Origin: Alphaproteobacteria bacterium
GTDB lineage: Bacteria > Pseudomonadota > Alphaproteobacteria > Bin95
DNA: 64,000 nt
Direction: 5' to 3'
NCBI GenBank assembly: GCA_963665325.3
Contig: OZ224045.1
Span: forward strand, 1 to 64,000
The position numbers and the translations under genes were made by a program. The notes beneath the pieces were generated by a model that saw only the letters and a list, made by a program, of their open reading frames with translations, did no database searches and was not told the origin of the DNA. How positions within the stretch are numbered: position 1 is the first letter of the stretch; every line of letters begins with the position of its first letter. This document shows, piece by piece, positions 1 through 10,182 of the stretch.

Positions 1-835
1 CGTTCTCGATCCGGGTATCGTAAGTCGCAAAACGCGGGTCCCGGGCGAGCTCCGGCCGGCCCACGAGGCCGCAAAGCGCCTCGAAATGCTTCTCGCGCCG
101 GGCATTGATATTCACGAAGCCGTCCGCGCTTTCGAATGTCCCGACGGGGACACCGACCACCTGAGGCACAGGGCCTTCAAGATGGTATTCGATCATCTTC
201 GCGGCCATGAAGGCGCCGGCGGACTGCTGGAGGCTCATGTCGACATAGCGGCCCGGCGCGCCGCGGACAGCACGGGCATAGAGTGCCGCCGACACTGCCT
301 GGAAGGCGTAGAGGCCGGTCATCACGTCGATGGCGATCATGCCGACCCGTTGCGGCAACCCGTCCTTGTCGCGGTTCATCGACATCATGCCGGTCACCGC
401 CTGTGCGATAGAATCGGTCAGCGGCTTGTGGCTCCAGGGCCCAGTCTGGCCGTAGCCGGTCACGGACAGGTAGATGACATCCGGATTGACGGCGCGGATG
501 CTCTCATAGTCGAGGCCGAACCGCGCGGTGACGCCCGGCCGGAACGCCTCCAGCACCACATCCGCCTCTGCCGCAATCTTCGCCGCCGCGTTTCTCGCCT
601 CGACCTGCTTGAGGTCGAGGGCGAGTGAGCGTTTACCCCGATTGACCTGCAGGAAAAAGGCGGAGTAAGGCCCGTGCCGCTTGCCGATGCCCCGTGCCCA
701 GTCCCCGCCCGGCGGTTCGATCTTGATGACGTCGGCGCCGTGCTGAGCCAGCAGGAATGCGCAGTGAGGCCCGGCAACGCCCTGCGTCAGGTCGCACACG
801 CGAAGGCCGGCATAGGCGCGATGGTCGGTGGTCAT
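1..835 (-). CDS. CoA-transferase family III (CaiB/BaiF), 3' end runs off the window
   Basis: Hand translation from ATG at 835: MTTDHRAYAGLRVCDLTQGVAGPHCAFLLAQHGADVIKIEPPGGDWAR...NRGKRSLALDLK, the typical CaiB N-terminus. ATGA overlap with the upstream AKR stop. Not in the ORF track because it is open-ended. Confidence 0.9.
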   Translation of the reverse strand, partial: MTTDHRAYAGLRVCDLTQGVAGPHCAFLLAQHGADVIKIEPPGGDWARGIGKRHGPYSAFFLQVNRGKRSLALDLKQVEARNAAAKIAAEADVVLEAFRPGVTARFGLDYESIRAVNPDVIYLSVTGYGQTGPWSHKPLTDSIAQAVTGMMSMNRDKDGLPQRVGMIAIDVMTGLYAFQAVSAALYARAVRGAPGRYVDMSLQQSAGAFMAAKMIEYHLEGPVPQVVGVPVGTFESADGFVNINARREKHFEALCGLVGRPELARDPRFATYDTRIEN

Positions 836-1866
836 TGCGAAACCCCTTGCTCGGGTACGGCGGTCCAGACCGGCCTGCCTTCGACGGGATATTGCGGATC
901 GTTGTAGCCGGGGGTGGAAGGATGGCCGGGCGCGACCAGACTGTCGATCAGCGCTTCATCCTCGGTAGTGAAGGCGCAATCCGTCGCGCCCAGATAGTCG
1001 CGCCACTGCGCCCGGGTTCGCGGGCCGGCGATCACCGATGTGACGAAGCGGTTGTTCAGCACCCACAATGTGGCGAATTGGGCGGCGGACATGCCCCGCC
1101 GCTCCGCATGGGCGACAATCTGCCCCGCAATCTCCAGCGACTCGTCCCGGAGTTCCGTTTCCTGGATGCGCCGGTCTCCGCGGGCTGCCCGACTGCCGGC
1201 CTCGGGATCGGCTCCGGGGCGGTATTTGCCGGTCAGCACGCCGCGCGCGACCGGGCTGTACGGCACGACACCCAGTCCGAACCAGTTGCAAGCCGGCAGA
1301 TGTTCGGTTTCCGGCATCCGGTTGACCGCATTGTAATAGGGTTGGCTGGCGATGGGGCGGGGCGCCCCGAGGGCATCCGCGATCCGGCAGATTTCCGCAA
1401 TGCGCCAGGACCGGTAGTTGGACACGCCGTAATACAGCACCTTGCCGGCCCGGATCAGGTCGTCCATCGCCCGCACGGTTTCTTCAAGCGGCGTCTCCGG
1501 GTCTTCCTTGTGCAGGTAATACAGGTCGATCCGGTCGGTGCCGAGGCGTTTCAGGCTGGCCTCGCAGGCGCGCAGCATCCATTTCCGGGAAAGACCGCCG
1601 CCATTGGGTCCCTCGCCCATCCGGTTGAAGAGCTTGGTGGCGATGACCCAATCGTCGCGGTCGTGCGCGATGGCCCGGCCGACGACCTCTTCGGAGCGCC
1701 CGCGGTTATAGCCGTCCGCCGTGTCGACAAAGTTGACGCCGCCAGTCCGGGCATCCTCGACCATGGCCTCGGCGTCTTCGGGCGATGTCGGCCCGCCGAA
1801 CATCATTGCGCCCAGGCAGAGTTTCGAGACCTTGAGCCCGCTCCGCCCGAGATTCCGGTATTCCAC
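832..1866 (-). CDS. Aldo/keto reductase
   Basis: VEYRNLGRSGLKVSKLCLGAMMFG, FVDTADGYNRGRSEE, IDLYYLH, YSPVARGVLTGKY. GTG start at 1866 inside ORF 832..2472. Confidence 0.92.
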   Translation of the reverse strand: MEYRNLGRSGLKVSKLCLGAMMFGGPTSPEDAEAMVEDARTGGVNFVDTADGYNRGRSEEVVGRAIAHDRDDWVIATKLFNRMGEGPNGGGLSRKWMLRACEASLKRLGTDRIDLYYLHKEDPETPLEETVRAMDDLIRAGKVLYYGVSNYRSWRIAEICRIADALGAPRPIASQPYYNAVNRMPETEHLPACNWFGLGVVPYSPVARGVLTGKYRPGADPEAGSRAARGDRRIQETELRDESLEIAGQIVAHAERRGMSAAQFATLWVLNNRFVTSVIAGPRTRAQWRDYLGATDCAFTTEDEALIDSLVAPGHPSTPGYNDPQYPVEGRPVWTAVPEQGVSQ

Positions 1867-2059
1867 TCCGCGTCCCCCCGATGCTTCCGCGTCTCTATAT
1901 GGCCGAACCGCTGCCGGTGCGGCAAGTATCGGCTGTTGCCGGCGCCGTGCGTGGTTTGCGCGTCGGCACGGGGCCCAATAGGATGACCTGCAAGACGCTC
2001 CGGCTACTGGTTCGGGTGCAAGGGGCGGGCCTCGTGCCGGGGTAGGAGGGGAACCGGGG

Positions 2060-2557
2060 ATGACCGTCGAGCCGCGCGCCTTCCGGGACACGCTTGGCCG
2101 CATGCCGACCGGCGTAACGGTGATCACGACCACGGCGCAGGATGGAGAAATGCACGGCGTGACCATCGGGTCGTTCAGTTCGTTGTCACTGGAGCCGCCG
2201 CTGGTGCTGTTCTGCCTCGACAAGGACGCCAATTGCCGCCAGGCGTTCCTCGACAGCACCCATTTCGCGGTCAATGTGCTGGCGGAGGACCAGTCGGGCC
2301 TGTCCTCGACTTTTGCGACCAAGAATGCGCCGCGCCCGTGGGACGACCTCGATTTCTCCATCGGCGAAGCGAGCGGCGCTCCCCTGATGGCAGGCGCGGT
2401 TGCGCAGATCGAATGCACTACCGAATCGGTCCATGACGGTGGAGACCACGATATCGTGATCGGCCGCGCCAAGACCCTGGCTTCATCGGAAACGGTCCGG
2501 CCGTTGATCTTTTTCGCGGGCGGCTATCGCCGGCTGGACGGCGACGGCTCTTCATAG
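2060..2557 (+). CDS. Flavin reductase family protein (RutF/HpaC-like)
   Basis: [50 protein letters not shown] upstream. Confidence 0.92.
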   Translation: MTVEPRAFRDTLGRMPTGVTVITTTAQDGEMHGVTIGSFSSLSLEPPLVLFCLDKDANCRQAFLDSTHFAVNVLAEDQSGLSSTFATKNAPRPWDDLDFSIGEASGAPLMAGAVAQIECTTESVHDGGDHDIVIGRAKTLASSETVRPLIFFAGGYRRLDGDGSS

Positions 2558-3690
2558 GTCCACTCACGGCGGACCGAAGCATCGGCCTCGCCGGGAAGCC
2601 GCGCAGTTCTTAGTTCGTTGAATTCCGGTGCAGGCAGCAGTTCGCGCAGTGCCCAGACGGCTGCCCCGCGCACAAGCGGTGCCGGATCGTCCAGCGCATG
2701 TCTTGCAGTCGGAACCAGCGTTGCGTCGCCGCTATTGCCGACCGCGATCAGCACGTTGCGCAGAAAGCGGTTGCGGCCTGTGCGCTTGATCGGGGAGCCG
2801 GAGAAGACCTGCCGGAAGCCTGTATCGTCCAGCCCGGCGAGGTCGGCGAGTTTGGGCGCTTCCAGTTCGATGCGTGGCAGAAGGTCCGGCTCTCGGGCCC
2901 GGGCGGCGAACTTGTTCCACGGGCAGACGGCCAGGCAGTCGTCGCAACCGTAAATCCGGTTTCCCATGGGCCTTCGGAACGCGTGCGGGATCGGTCCCTT
3001 GTGTTCGATTGTCAGATAGGAAATGCAGCGCCGGGCATCGAGCCGGTATGGGGCGGTGAAGGCCTCGGTCGGGCAGATGTCCAGACAGGCGCGGCAAGTG
3101 CCGCAACGGTCTTCATGGGGCTCGTCCGGGGCGAGCGCCAGCGTCGTGAAGACTTCGCCCAGGAAAAGCCAGGAGCCGAATCGGCGCGATACGAGATTGG
3201 TGTGCTTGCCCTGCCAGCCGAGACCGGCAGCCTCGGCGGCGGGCTTTTCCATGACGGGCGCGGTATCGACGAACACCTTGACCCCGCCACCCTGGGTCTC
3301 GACCAGCCAGCGGGCCAGCCGTTTCAGCTTTTTCTTGACGACATCGTGATAGTCGCGGGCCGTGCGGGCATAGACCGAGACCGTGCCCCGCTCTTTCTTC
3401 GAGAGCAATTCGAGCGGATCGCCCGTCGGGCCGTAACTCATGGCCAGCGCGATGACCGTCTGCGCTTCCGGCCAGAGCGCATCGGGGCTCGAACGACGGG
3501 CCTCATGCGCGGCAAGCCAGCCCATATCGCCGTAGCGGCCTTCTCCGAGGAACTCCCGAAGATTCCGGCGGACCTCAAGGCGCGATGCCGCCGGCGCAAA
3601 GCCGACGGCATCGAATCCCAGTTCCAGCGCATGCTCCCTGATTGCTGCCGGCCCGACCGGCGCTGGCGACGCCGGGCCGGCAGGCACCAT
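2524..3690 (-). CDS. queG: Epoxyqueuosine reductase QueG
   Basis: [58 protein letters not shown] and a HEAT-like C-terminus. ATG at 3690 overlaps the upstream stop. Confidence 0.95.
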   Translation of the reverse strand: MVPAGPASPAPVGPAAIREHALELGFDAVGFAPAASRLEVRRNLREFLGEGRYGDMGWLAAHEARRSSPDALWPEAQTVIALAMSYGPTGDPLELLSKKERGTVSVYARTARDYHDVVKKKLKRLARWLVETQGGGVKVFVDTAPVMEKPAAEAAGLGWQGKHTNLVSRRFGSWLFLGEVFTTLALAPDEPHEDRCGTCRACLDICPTEAFTAPYRLDARRCISYLTIEHKGPIPHAFRRPMGNRIYGCDDCLAVCPWNKFAARAREPDLLPRIELEAPKLADLAGLDDTGFRQVFSGSPIKRTGRNRFLRNVLIAVGNSGDATLVPTARHALDDPAPLVRGAAVWALRELLPAPEFNELRTARLPGEADASVRREWTYEEPSPSSRR

Positions 3691-4193
3691 CAGAACGGTG
3701 GGTTCTGCGCGGCCAGCATGCCGTAAAGCATCGGAATCGAGAGCATGGTGTTGGTGCGCGAGAACATCAGCGCCCGGCGCGCGGCCGGAGGCTTCTGGTC
3801 GTCCGACGCATCCACGATGCCCAGCGCGATCTTCTGGCTGGGCCAGATCACGAACCAGACATTGAACGCCATGATGAGGCCGAGCCACATGCCGATGCCG
3901 ATGAAGGCGCTGACGCTGCTGCCGTCGGCCAGGCCGATGGCGAGCCAGTCGCCGAACGTGCCCTGCATGAGCGCGAGCAAGAGGCCCCAAAGTACCGTCG
4001 AGGCCGCCGACCAGCGGAACCAGAACAATACCGCCGGAGCGATGTGCTTGCCGATGGCAGGTTTCATTTCGTCGGGGATCTTCGGCATGGTCGGGACCTG
4101 CACGAAGTTCAGGTACCAAAGCAGACCGATCCACATCACGCCGCTCAGGACATGGAACCATCGAACGAGATGGAGAAGGAATTCATTTTCCAT
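3690..4193 (-). CDS. Integral membrane protein of the PuuD/urate-oxidase N-terminal family (no cytochrome c domain)
   Basis: [64 protein letters not shown]. Confidence 0.75.
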   Translation of the reverse strand: MENEFLLHLVRWFHVLSGVMWIGLLWYLNFVQVPTMPKIPDEMKPAIGKHIAPAVLFWFRWSAASTVLWGLLLALMQGTFGDWLAIGLADGSSVSAFIGIGMWLGLIMAFNVWFVIWPSQKIALGIVDASDDQKPPAARRALMFSRTNTMLSIPMLYGMLAAQNPPF

Positions 4194-4218
4194 GACGTAT
4201 CGTCCTCCCTTTCCGTGC

Positions 4219-4314
4219 CTAGCCGCCGATTGCCTGGGCGACGATAATCAGGATGACGGTCAAAACGACCCCCAATCCGACTGTCATATGGAGCGATTCC
4301 AAGGGGTTCTTCAT
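4219..4314 (-). CDS. 31-aa single-helix membrane microprotein (MKNPLESLHMTVGLGVVLTVILIIVAQAIGG)
   Basis: Strong RBS GAGGAG before the ATG, hydrophobic helix, TAG 25 nt before the PuuD-family start. Minus-strand TATAAT at 4346-4351. Below the ORF-track cutoff. Confidence 0.65.
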   Translation of the reverse strand: MKNPLESLHMTVGLGVVLTVILIIVAQAIGG

Positions 4315-4461
4315 CGAAGTCTCCTCCCCGCCGGGTTTTCGCGCGATTATATCTGTTAGGCGGCGTCCAAAAGCAAGAACCGTTTGCGTTGCTGCTGGGG
4401 ATTTTCCGGCCGCAAAGCCCGGTCCAATCCCGTTTGCGGGCAGTCGGGCGGTCGCTGCGAG

Positions 4462-5271
4462 CTACCGGAATCGGCGCATGAGCGGAGTAAATCCGGCAAG
4501 AAGCAAATCGAACCTTCCGAGGCGGACCCGTTCCGCCAGCGGGTCCAGGCGGCGCAATTTCCGCGCCAGGCGGCGGCCCGTGGCGACGGTCATGGCCGCC
4601 TGCGCGGCCAGGCCGCGATGACGAATCCGGCCAGGCAAGCCCGCGGCGATGGCCAGCATGTCGTCGACGCGGTCGAGGCCTGCGTCCAATGCCGCGCGCA
4701 GTGCCGGAGCAGTGCGGCGCTCCGCCAGCAGGTTGCGGTCGGGCAACAGGGCGGCCGGAATGTAAGCGCGGTCGAGTCGGCGATAGTCCTCTCCGCAATT
4801 CCGCAGAATGCCCAGAACCTGGTGGGCGGTGCACAGAGCGTCTGCCGGCCGCCTGGCCTCGTCCATCTCATCGTGCAGCGCCAGCAGGAACCGCCCGGCC
4901 GGCACGGCGGAAAAGCTGCAATAGAGGATGAGGTCGTTCCAGCTCTCGTAGGTTTTCCCCCGGGCATCCTGACGGAACGCATCGAGCAACATGAGAGCCG
5001 GCTCGACAAGGGCGGGAGTTCCGGTGAGCGCTTCATGCAGGGCTGAGGCTTCCGGCGGGCATGTCCCGTTTCGCAGGCCGTTCCCGAGCGCGTCAAGCCG
5101 GGCGAGCTTTTCCTCCGGGTCGATCTCGGGATCGTCGGCAATGTCGTCCGCATGTCGGGCGAAGCGGTAGAAGGCCAGGACGGGCGCCCGGCTCGCGGCG
5201 GGCAAATGGCGGGAAAGGACCGGAAAATTCTCGGCCTTCGGGGTCTTGCCGGGACGCGGCGGGGCGCTCAT
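4462..5271 (-). CDS. hpnC: HpnC-like squalene/phytoene synthase family protein
   Basis: ENFPVLS, FYRFARHADDIADD, LLDAFRQD, YCSFSAVPAGRFLL. The second Asp-rich motif is degenerate (GILRNCGEDY). Confidence 0.75.
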   Translation of the reverse strand: MSAPPRPGKTPKAENFPVLSRHLPAASRAPVLAFYRFARHADDIADDPEIDPEEKLARLDALGNGLRNGTCPPEASALHEALTGTPALVEPALMLLDAFRQDARGKTYESWNDLILYCSFSAVPAGRFLLALHDEMDEARRPADALCTAHQVLGILRNCGEDYRRLDRAYIPAALLPDRNLLAERRTAPALRAALDAGLDRVDDMLAIAAGLPGRIRHRGLAAQAAMTVATGRRLARKLRRLDPLAERVRLGRFDLLLAGFTPLMRRFR

Positions 5272-5323
5272 CGTCCCTCCTCTGGACTGCGGGCTGTCTT
5301 TCCTGTCCCGAAGATATTGCGCC

Positions 5324-6034
5324 ATGGCCGAGCAAAGCAACGACGCAGCCTATTGCAAGGACCGGGTTATCCGGTTCGATGCGGACCGGGCAGCCGTCAT
5401 CGCCTTCCAGCCCGCACGGGCCAGGCCAGCCCTCTACGCGCTGCACGCCTTCAACCTGGAGGTAGCGCATCTGCGGGAGACCGTGGGCGAGCCGATGCTG
5501 GGAGCCGTGCGGCTCCAATGGTGGCGCGATGCACTGGGCGAGGCCGCTTCGGGGCGGGAACGCCGCCACGCCGTGGTGCAACCGCTCGCGGCTGCCATGC
5601 GCGAGCACGGCCTGCCGGCTGACCGTTTCCGACGCCTTCTCGACGCACGGGAAATGGACCTGGACGCTTCGCCGCCCACCGACCTGCCGGCCTATGCGCG
5701 GGAAACGGGCGGGACGCTGGCAGCGCTTGCGGGACAGGTTGTGAGCGGAGAGGCCGGCAGCGAAGACATCGGCACAGCCTGGGCGCTGGTCGGCTGGCTG
5801 CGCGCCGCCGCATTCTTCCACCGGACATTGCCGGAGGGCGCCGAGCCGCGCGCGATCGCACAGGAGGCCGCGGCCCTGCTGGCGCCCGCCGCAGACGGCT
5901 ACGGTCGCGCGCTCGCGGCGCTGACGCGCGCCTATATCCGAAAACTCGAGCGACTGGACTACGATCTGTCCGATTCGCGCGCGGCCGAGCCATTGCGGTT
6001 CAGGGGATGGCGGATCGTCCTTGGGAGGGGCTGA
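5324..6034 (+). CDS. Squalene/phytoene synthase-like protein (NDUFAF6-type, no DDxxD)
   Basis: ALYALHAFNLEVAHLRETVGEPMLGAVRLQWWRDAL, LLDAREMDL. Confidence 0.8.
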   Translation: MAEQSNDAAYCKDRVIRFDADRAAVIAFQPARARPALYALHAFNLEVAHLRETVGEPMLGAVRLQWWRDALGEAASGRERRHAVVQPLAAAMREHGLPADRFRRLLDAREMDLDASPPTDLPAYARETGGTLAALAGQVVSGEAGSEDIGTAWALVGWLRAAAFFHRTLPEGAEPRAIAQEAAALLAPAADGYGRALAALTRAYIRKLERLDYDLSDSRAAEPLRFRGWRIVLGRG

Positions 6035-6037
6035 ATC

Positions 6038-7210
6038 ATGGCGCAGGCAGGCCAGATCGAATTTTCGCGAATGCAGAGGGTCGTGTGGGGCCGGCCCGCC
6101 TCGGAAGTTGTTGCGGAAGAGGCTAGGCGACTCGGGGCGGAGCGCGTCTTCCTCATCGTGAGCCGGACGCTGAACCGCGAGAGCGATGTCGTCTCGGAAA
6201 TCGGCAGGGGGCTCGGGAACCGTGTCGCCGGGCTGTTCGAGGGCATTCCGGCCCATGTCCACCGCGAAACGGTGATCGCCGCGGCGCGCGATGCCCGCGC
6301 TGCGAAGGCCGACCTGATCGTCACGGTCGGCGGCAGTTCGGCCTCCGGCGTCGGCAAGATGGCGCGGCTGGCGCTGGCGCACGGTCTTGAAACCGTGGAC
6401 GACATGGAGCCGTTCCGCACCGTCGTTCAGCCCGACGGCACAAGAACGAAGCCGGAGTTCCGGGGGCCGGAAATCGGCCAGGTCGCCGTGCCGACGACGC
6501 TCTCGGGCGGCGAGTACTACCACTACCAGGGCAGCACCGACACGCGCATCCCGGAAAAGCAGGGCTACGAGCACCCCGACATGATCCCGACCTCGGTGGT
6601 GCTCGATCCCTGGGCCGTACTTCACACGCCGGAATGGCTGTGGTTCTCGACCGGGATCCGGGCTGTCGATCACGCGGTCGAAGGGCTCTGCGCGCCCGGA
6701 GCCAATGCCTATACCGACGCCATGAATCTCCAGGCCCTGAAGCTGCTTTCCCGATCGCTGGCGGCGTCGAAAGCGGCGCCCGGCGATGTGGATGCGCGGC
6801 TCGAAAGCCAACTCGGCGCCTGGATGTCCATGGCAGGTGTCACGGCAGGGGTGCGGGTCGGGGCCAGCCACGGAATCGGCCATGTCCTCGGCGGCGCCTG
6901 CGACGTGCCGCACGGTTATACCTCCTGCGTCATGCTCGCCCCGGTGCTGCGCTGGAACCGGCAGGCGGGAGGGGAGCGCCAGCAGGTCGTGTCCGAGGCG
7001 ATGGGGCAGCCGGACCGCCCCGCAGCCGATCTGGTGGCCGATCTGGTTGCCCGCCTGGGCCTGCCGACGCGGCTCGGCGATGTCGGCGTCGGGCCGGACC
7101 GCTTTCCGGAAATCGCCGAACAGGCGATGCGCGAGCCGTTCGTCCTCGCCAATCCTCGTCCGGTGCGCAGCATCGGGGATGTCTTCGAAATCCTCGAGAG
7201 CGCGCTGTAG
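6038..7210 (+). CDS. Iron-containing alcohol dehydrogenase / maleylacetate reductase family
   Basis: VGGSS, VPTTLSGGE, GIRAVDHAVEG, SHGIGHVLGG, VPHGYTSC metal-binding motifs. Confidence 0.9.
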   Translation: MAQAGQIEFSRMQRVVWGRPASEVVAEEARRLGAERVFLIVSRTLNRESDVVSEIGRGLGNRVAGLFEGIPAHVHRETVIAAARDARAAKADLIVTVGGSSASGVGKMARLALAHGLETVDDMEPFRTVVQPDGTRTKPEFRGPEIGQVAVPTTLSGGEYYHYQGSTDTRIPEKQGYEHPDMIPTSVVLDPWAVLHTPEWLWFSTGIRAVDHAVEGLCAPGANAYTDAMNLQALKLLSRSLAASKAAPGDVDARLESQLGAWMSMAGVTAGVRVGASHGIGHVLGGACDVPHGYTSCVMLAPVLRWNRQAGGERQQVVSEAMGQPDRPAADLVADLVARLGLPTRLGDVGVGPDRFPEIAEQAMREPFVLANPRPVRSIGDVFEILESAL

Positions 7211-7293
7211 CGGCGTTTTCGAGTCCCGGGACTGGCGGGGCAGGGGCTTGCTGTCTATATTGCGGGGCACTGGGTGGAGGAGGGCATTAAACG

Positions 7294-8316
7294 ATGGACG
7301 GCGGCCCCTGGGGCGGTGCAGCGCCGATTATCGACCCGTTCGGGCGTGCGATCACCTATCTGCGCGTCTCGGTGACCGACCGGTGCGACTTCCGCTGCGT
7401 CTATTGCATGTCGGAGCACATGACGTTCCTGCCTAAGCGGGACCTGCTGACGCTCGAGGAACTCGACCGGCTGTGCAGCGCCTTCGTGCGCATGGGCGTG
7501 CGCAAGCTGCGTCTCACCGGCGGCGAGCCGCTGATGCGGCGCAATGTCATGCAGCTCATCCAGTCGCTCGGGCGTCATCTCGACGGGGATGGGCTGGAAG
7601 AGCTCACACTGACCACGAATGGCAGCCAGCTCGGGCGCTTCTCCGAAGGTCTCTTCGAAGCCGGCGTCCGCCGGGTGAATGTCTCGCTCGACACGCTGGA
7701 CCCGGCGAAGTTCAAGGAAATCACCCGTTGGGGGCGGTTCGAGCAGGTCATGGCCGGGCTGGATGCGGCGCAGGCCGCCGGGTTGGCCGTGAAGATCAAC
7801 ATGGTCGCGCTGCGCGGCGTCAACGACGACGAATTCGACGCCATGATCGCCTGGTGCGGCGAGCGCGGGTTCGATCTCGTCGTCATCGAGGTGATGCCGA
7901 TGGGGGATATCGGCGAAGACCGCCTCGACCAGTATATGCCGCTCTCCATGGTGCGCGCGAAGATCGAGCGCAACTGGACGCTGGCGGAAACCGACTACAG
8001 CACGGGCGGCCCGGCGCGATACGCCGTGATCGAGGAAACCGGGCAGCGGATCGGCTTCATCACGCCGCTTACGCATAACTTCTGCGAAAGCTGCAACCGG
8101 GTGCGGCTGACCTGCACCGGCACGCTCTATATGTGCCTCGGCCAGGAAGACGCGGCCGATCTTCGTGCGCCGCTCAGGGCCGATGCCGGCGACACCTTGC
8201 TGGAACAGGCCGTGCACGAGGCGATCTCGCGCAAGCCCAAGGGCCACGATTTCGTCATCGACCGGCGGCGAGGCGCGATCTCGGTGCCGCGCCATATGAG
8301 CGTGACCGGCGGCTGA
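7294..8316 (+). CDS. moaA: GTP 3',8-cyclase MoaA
   Basis: [18 protein letters not shown] radical-SAM motif, [15 protein letters not shown]-terminal MSVTGG. Confidence 0.97.
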   Translation: MDGGPWGGAAPIIDPFGRAITYLRVSVTDRCDFRCVYCMSEHMTFLPKRDLLTLEELDRLCSAFVRMGVRKLRLTGGEPLMRRNVMQLIQSLGRHLDGDGLEELTLTTNGSQLGRFSEGLFEAGVRRVNVSLDTLDPAKFKEITRWGRFEQVMAGLDAAQAAGLAVKINMVALRGVNDDEFDAMIAWCGERGFDLVVIEVMPMGDIGEDRLDQYMPLSMVRAKIERNWTLAETDYSTGGPARYAVIEETGQRIGFITPLTHNFCESCNRVRLTCTGTLYMCLGQEDAADLRAPLRADAGDTLLEQAVHEAISRKPKGHDFVIDRRRGAISVPRHMSVTGG

Positions 8317-8333
8317 CGCTGCCGCGCCTGTCG

Positions 8334-9101
8334 ATGGCCGGTCCGCGCCTGGCGTTCGTTGCCGCCGAGACGTCCGCGGCGCAGGAGGCCCGCCAGGCCC
8401 TGGCGGCGGCCTATGGCGAAATCGCACCGGCCGAAGCCGATGTCGTCGTGGCGCTGGGCGGTGACGGGTTCATGCTCGAAACGCTGCACAGCTTCGGGGA
8501 CAGCCCGCCGCCGATCTATGGCATGAACCGGGGCAGCGTCGGCTTCCTGATGAACGGTTTCCGCGCCGAGGGACTTCCCGAGCGGGTCGCGGCAGCGGAG
8601 ACTGTGAGCCTTCATCCGTTGCTCATGGAGGCGCGCACGCTTGCCGGCCAGGTACGCAAGGCGCGCGCGATCAACGAAGTCTCGCTGCTGCGCGAGACCC
8701 GGCAGACGGCGAAGCTGCGCATCGAGATCGACGGCATCGAGCGGATGGAAGAGCTGATGTGCGACGGCGTCATCGTGGCGACGCCCGCCGGGAGCACGGC
8801 CTACAACCTGTCCGCGCACGGGCCCATCCTACCGCTTCGGGGCCAGTCGCTCTGTATCACGCCGATCAGCGCCTTCCGGCCCCGGCGGTGGCCCGGCGCG
8901 ATTCTGCCCGACACGGTGTCCGTGCGGTTGACCGTTCTCGAGGCGCGCAAGCGGCCAGTGAGCGCGGTTGCGGATTTCACCGAAGTGCGCGACGCGGCCG
9001 AGGTGCTGGTCCGTCGGGACGAGGGAATGTTGCTGCACCTGCTGTTCGATCCGGACCGGGGCCTGGAGGAGCGCATCCTGAAGGAGCAATTCCAGCCGTG
9101 A
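8334..9101 (+). CDS. nadK: NAD kinase
   Basis: [47 protein letters not shown]. Confidence 0.95.
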   Translation: MAGPRLAFVAAETSAAQEARQALAAAYGEIAPAEADVVVALGGDGFMLETLHSFGDSPPPIYGMNRGSVGFLMNGFRAEGLPERVAAAETVSLHPLLMEARTLAGQVRKARAINEVSLLRETRQTAKLRIEIDGIERMEELMCDGVIVATPAGSTAYNLSAHGPILPLRGQSLCITPISAFRPRRWPGAILPDTVSVRLTVLEARKRPVSAVADFTEVRDAAEVLVRRDEGMLLHLLFDPDRGLEERILKEQFQP

Positions 9102-10168
9102 TGCGCGCCTTGCGCGAACTCGCGCAGAACTGGCCCCTGCTTCTGAAGACGCTATTTATCGGGACTTGCGGCGGCTACCTGTTCTCGCTTCTGCAAAGCC
9201 CGTTGCCCTGGATGATGGGCAGTCTGTTCGCTTGCACCGTCGCGGCCCTGGCCGGTGTCCGTCTTTACATGCCGAACGATGTGCGGCGCGTGTGGATGGT
9301 CGTGCTGGGCGTCATGCTGGGCGCTGCTTTCGCGCCCGATGTGCTGGACCGGCTCGCAAGCTGGGGGGGCGTGTTCGCCGGCATGCTCGTTTTCACCATT
9401 GCCGGCGCGGCGGCCGGGGCCTGGTTCTTCCGCCGGGTCGGGCGGATGGACCGCCGCACCGCTTTTTTCTGCGCCGCCCCCGGCGGCCTCGGGGAGATGT
9501 CGTTGCTGGGCCCCGCAATGGGCGCGGACGAGCGGGCCATCCTGCTCTCCCACTCCACCCGCATCCTCATGGTGATGTTCATCGTGCCGCCGGCATACCG
9601 GCTGCTTACCGACTATGTGCCGCCGGTCGATCTCGGCGGTTCCCGGCTCGCGGACCTGAGTCTACACGACTGGGTGGTGCTCACGGCTTCCGCCGTCGTC
9701 GGCGGCGGTGCGGCCAAGCTGCTGCGCATTCCCGCCTGGCAGATGGTCGGTCCGATGCTTGTCAGCGCAGCCGTGCATATCGGCGGCCTGACGGAGTCGC
9801 GTCCTCCTACCGAACTGCTGGCCACGGCCCAGGTGTTCATCGGCTGCGGCGCCGGCGCGCGCTTCGTCGGCGTGCGGCCGCGCGAACTGGGGCGTACGGT
9901 TGCGGTCTCGGCCATGTATTACGCGCTGTTTCTGGTCGCGGCATTTGCGGTCGCCGGACTGGTGGCCGCCTTGGGCGGCTTTGACTTCAGGGCCGTCCAC
10001 CTGGCCTATACGCCGGGGGGCTTCGCCGAAATGAACCTGATTGCGCTGTCGCTCGACATCGACGTTGCCTTCGTGGCGACGCACCATACCGGGCGCCTGT
10101 TCGTCGTGGTGATAGGAGCGGCGCTGCTGGCGCGCATGCTCTGGCCCGTCGCGCGGCGAAGGGAATAG
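9101..10168 (+). CDS. Membrane AbrB-family protein (putative ammonia monooxygenase family)
   Basis: Two internal repeats: PLPWMMGSL / IPAWQMVGPML and APGGLGEM / TPGGFAEM. Very hydrophobic. TGATG coupling to nadK. Confidence 0.85.
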   Translation: MRALRELAQNWPLLLKTLFIGTCGGYLFSLLQSPLPWMMGSLFACTVAALAGVRLYMPNDVRRVWMVVLGVMLGAAFAPDVLDRLASWGGVFAGMLVFTIAGAAAGAWFFRRVGRMDRRTAFFCAAPGGLGEMSLLGPAMGADERAILLSHSTRILMVMFIVPPAYRLLTDYVPPVDLGGSRLADLSLHDWVVLTASAVVGGGAAKLLRIPAWQMVGPMLVSAAVHIGGLTESRPPTELLATAQVFIGCGAGARFVGVRPRELGRTVAVSAMYYALFLVAAFAVAGLVAALGGFDFRAVHLAYTPGGFAEMNLIALSLDIDVAFVATHHTGRLFVVVIGAALLARMLWPVARRRE

Positions 10169-10182
10169 CGGGTCCGGGAAGC

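Noticed and set aside
5093-7270. Long antisense or alternate-frame ORFs (also 11411-13705, 33574-35205, 52273-53895, 56168-57883 and many more)
   Set aside because: Shadow ORFs of high-GC genes: Arg/Pro/Gly-rich or mirror translations with no motifs, overlapping well-supported genes.
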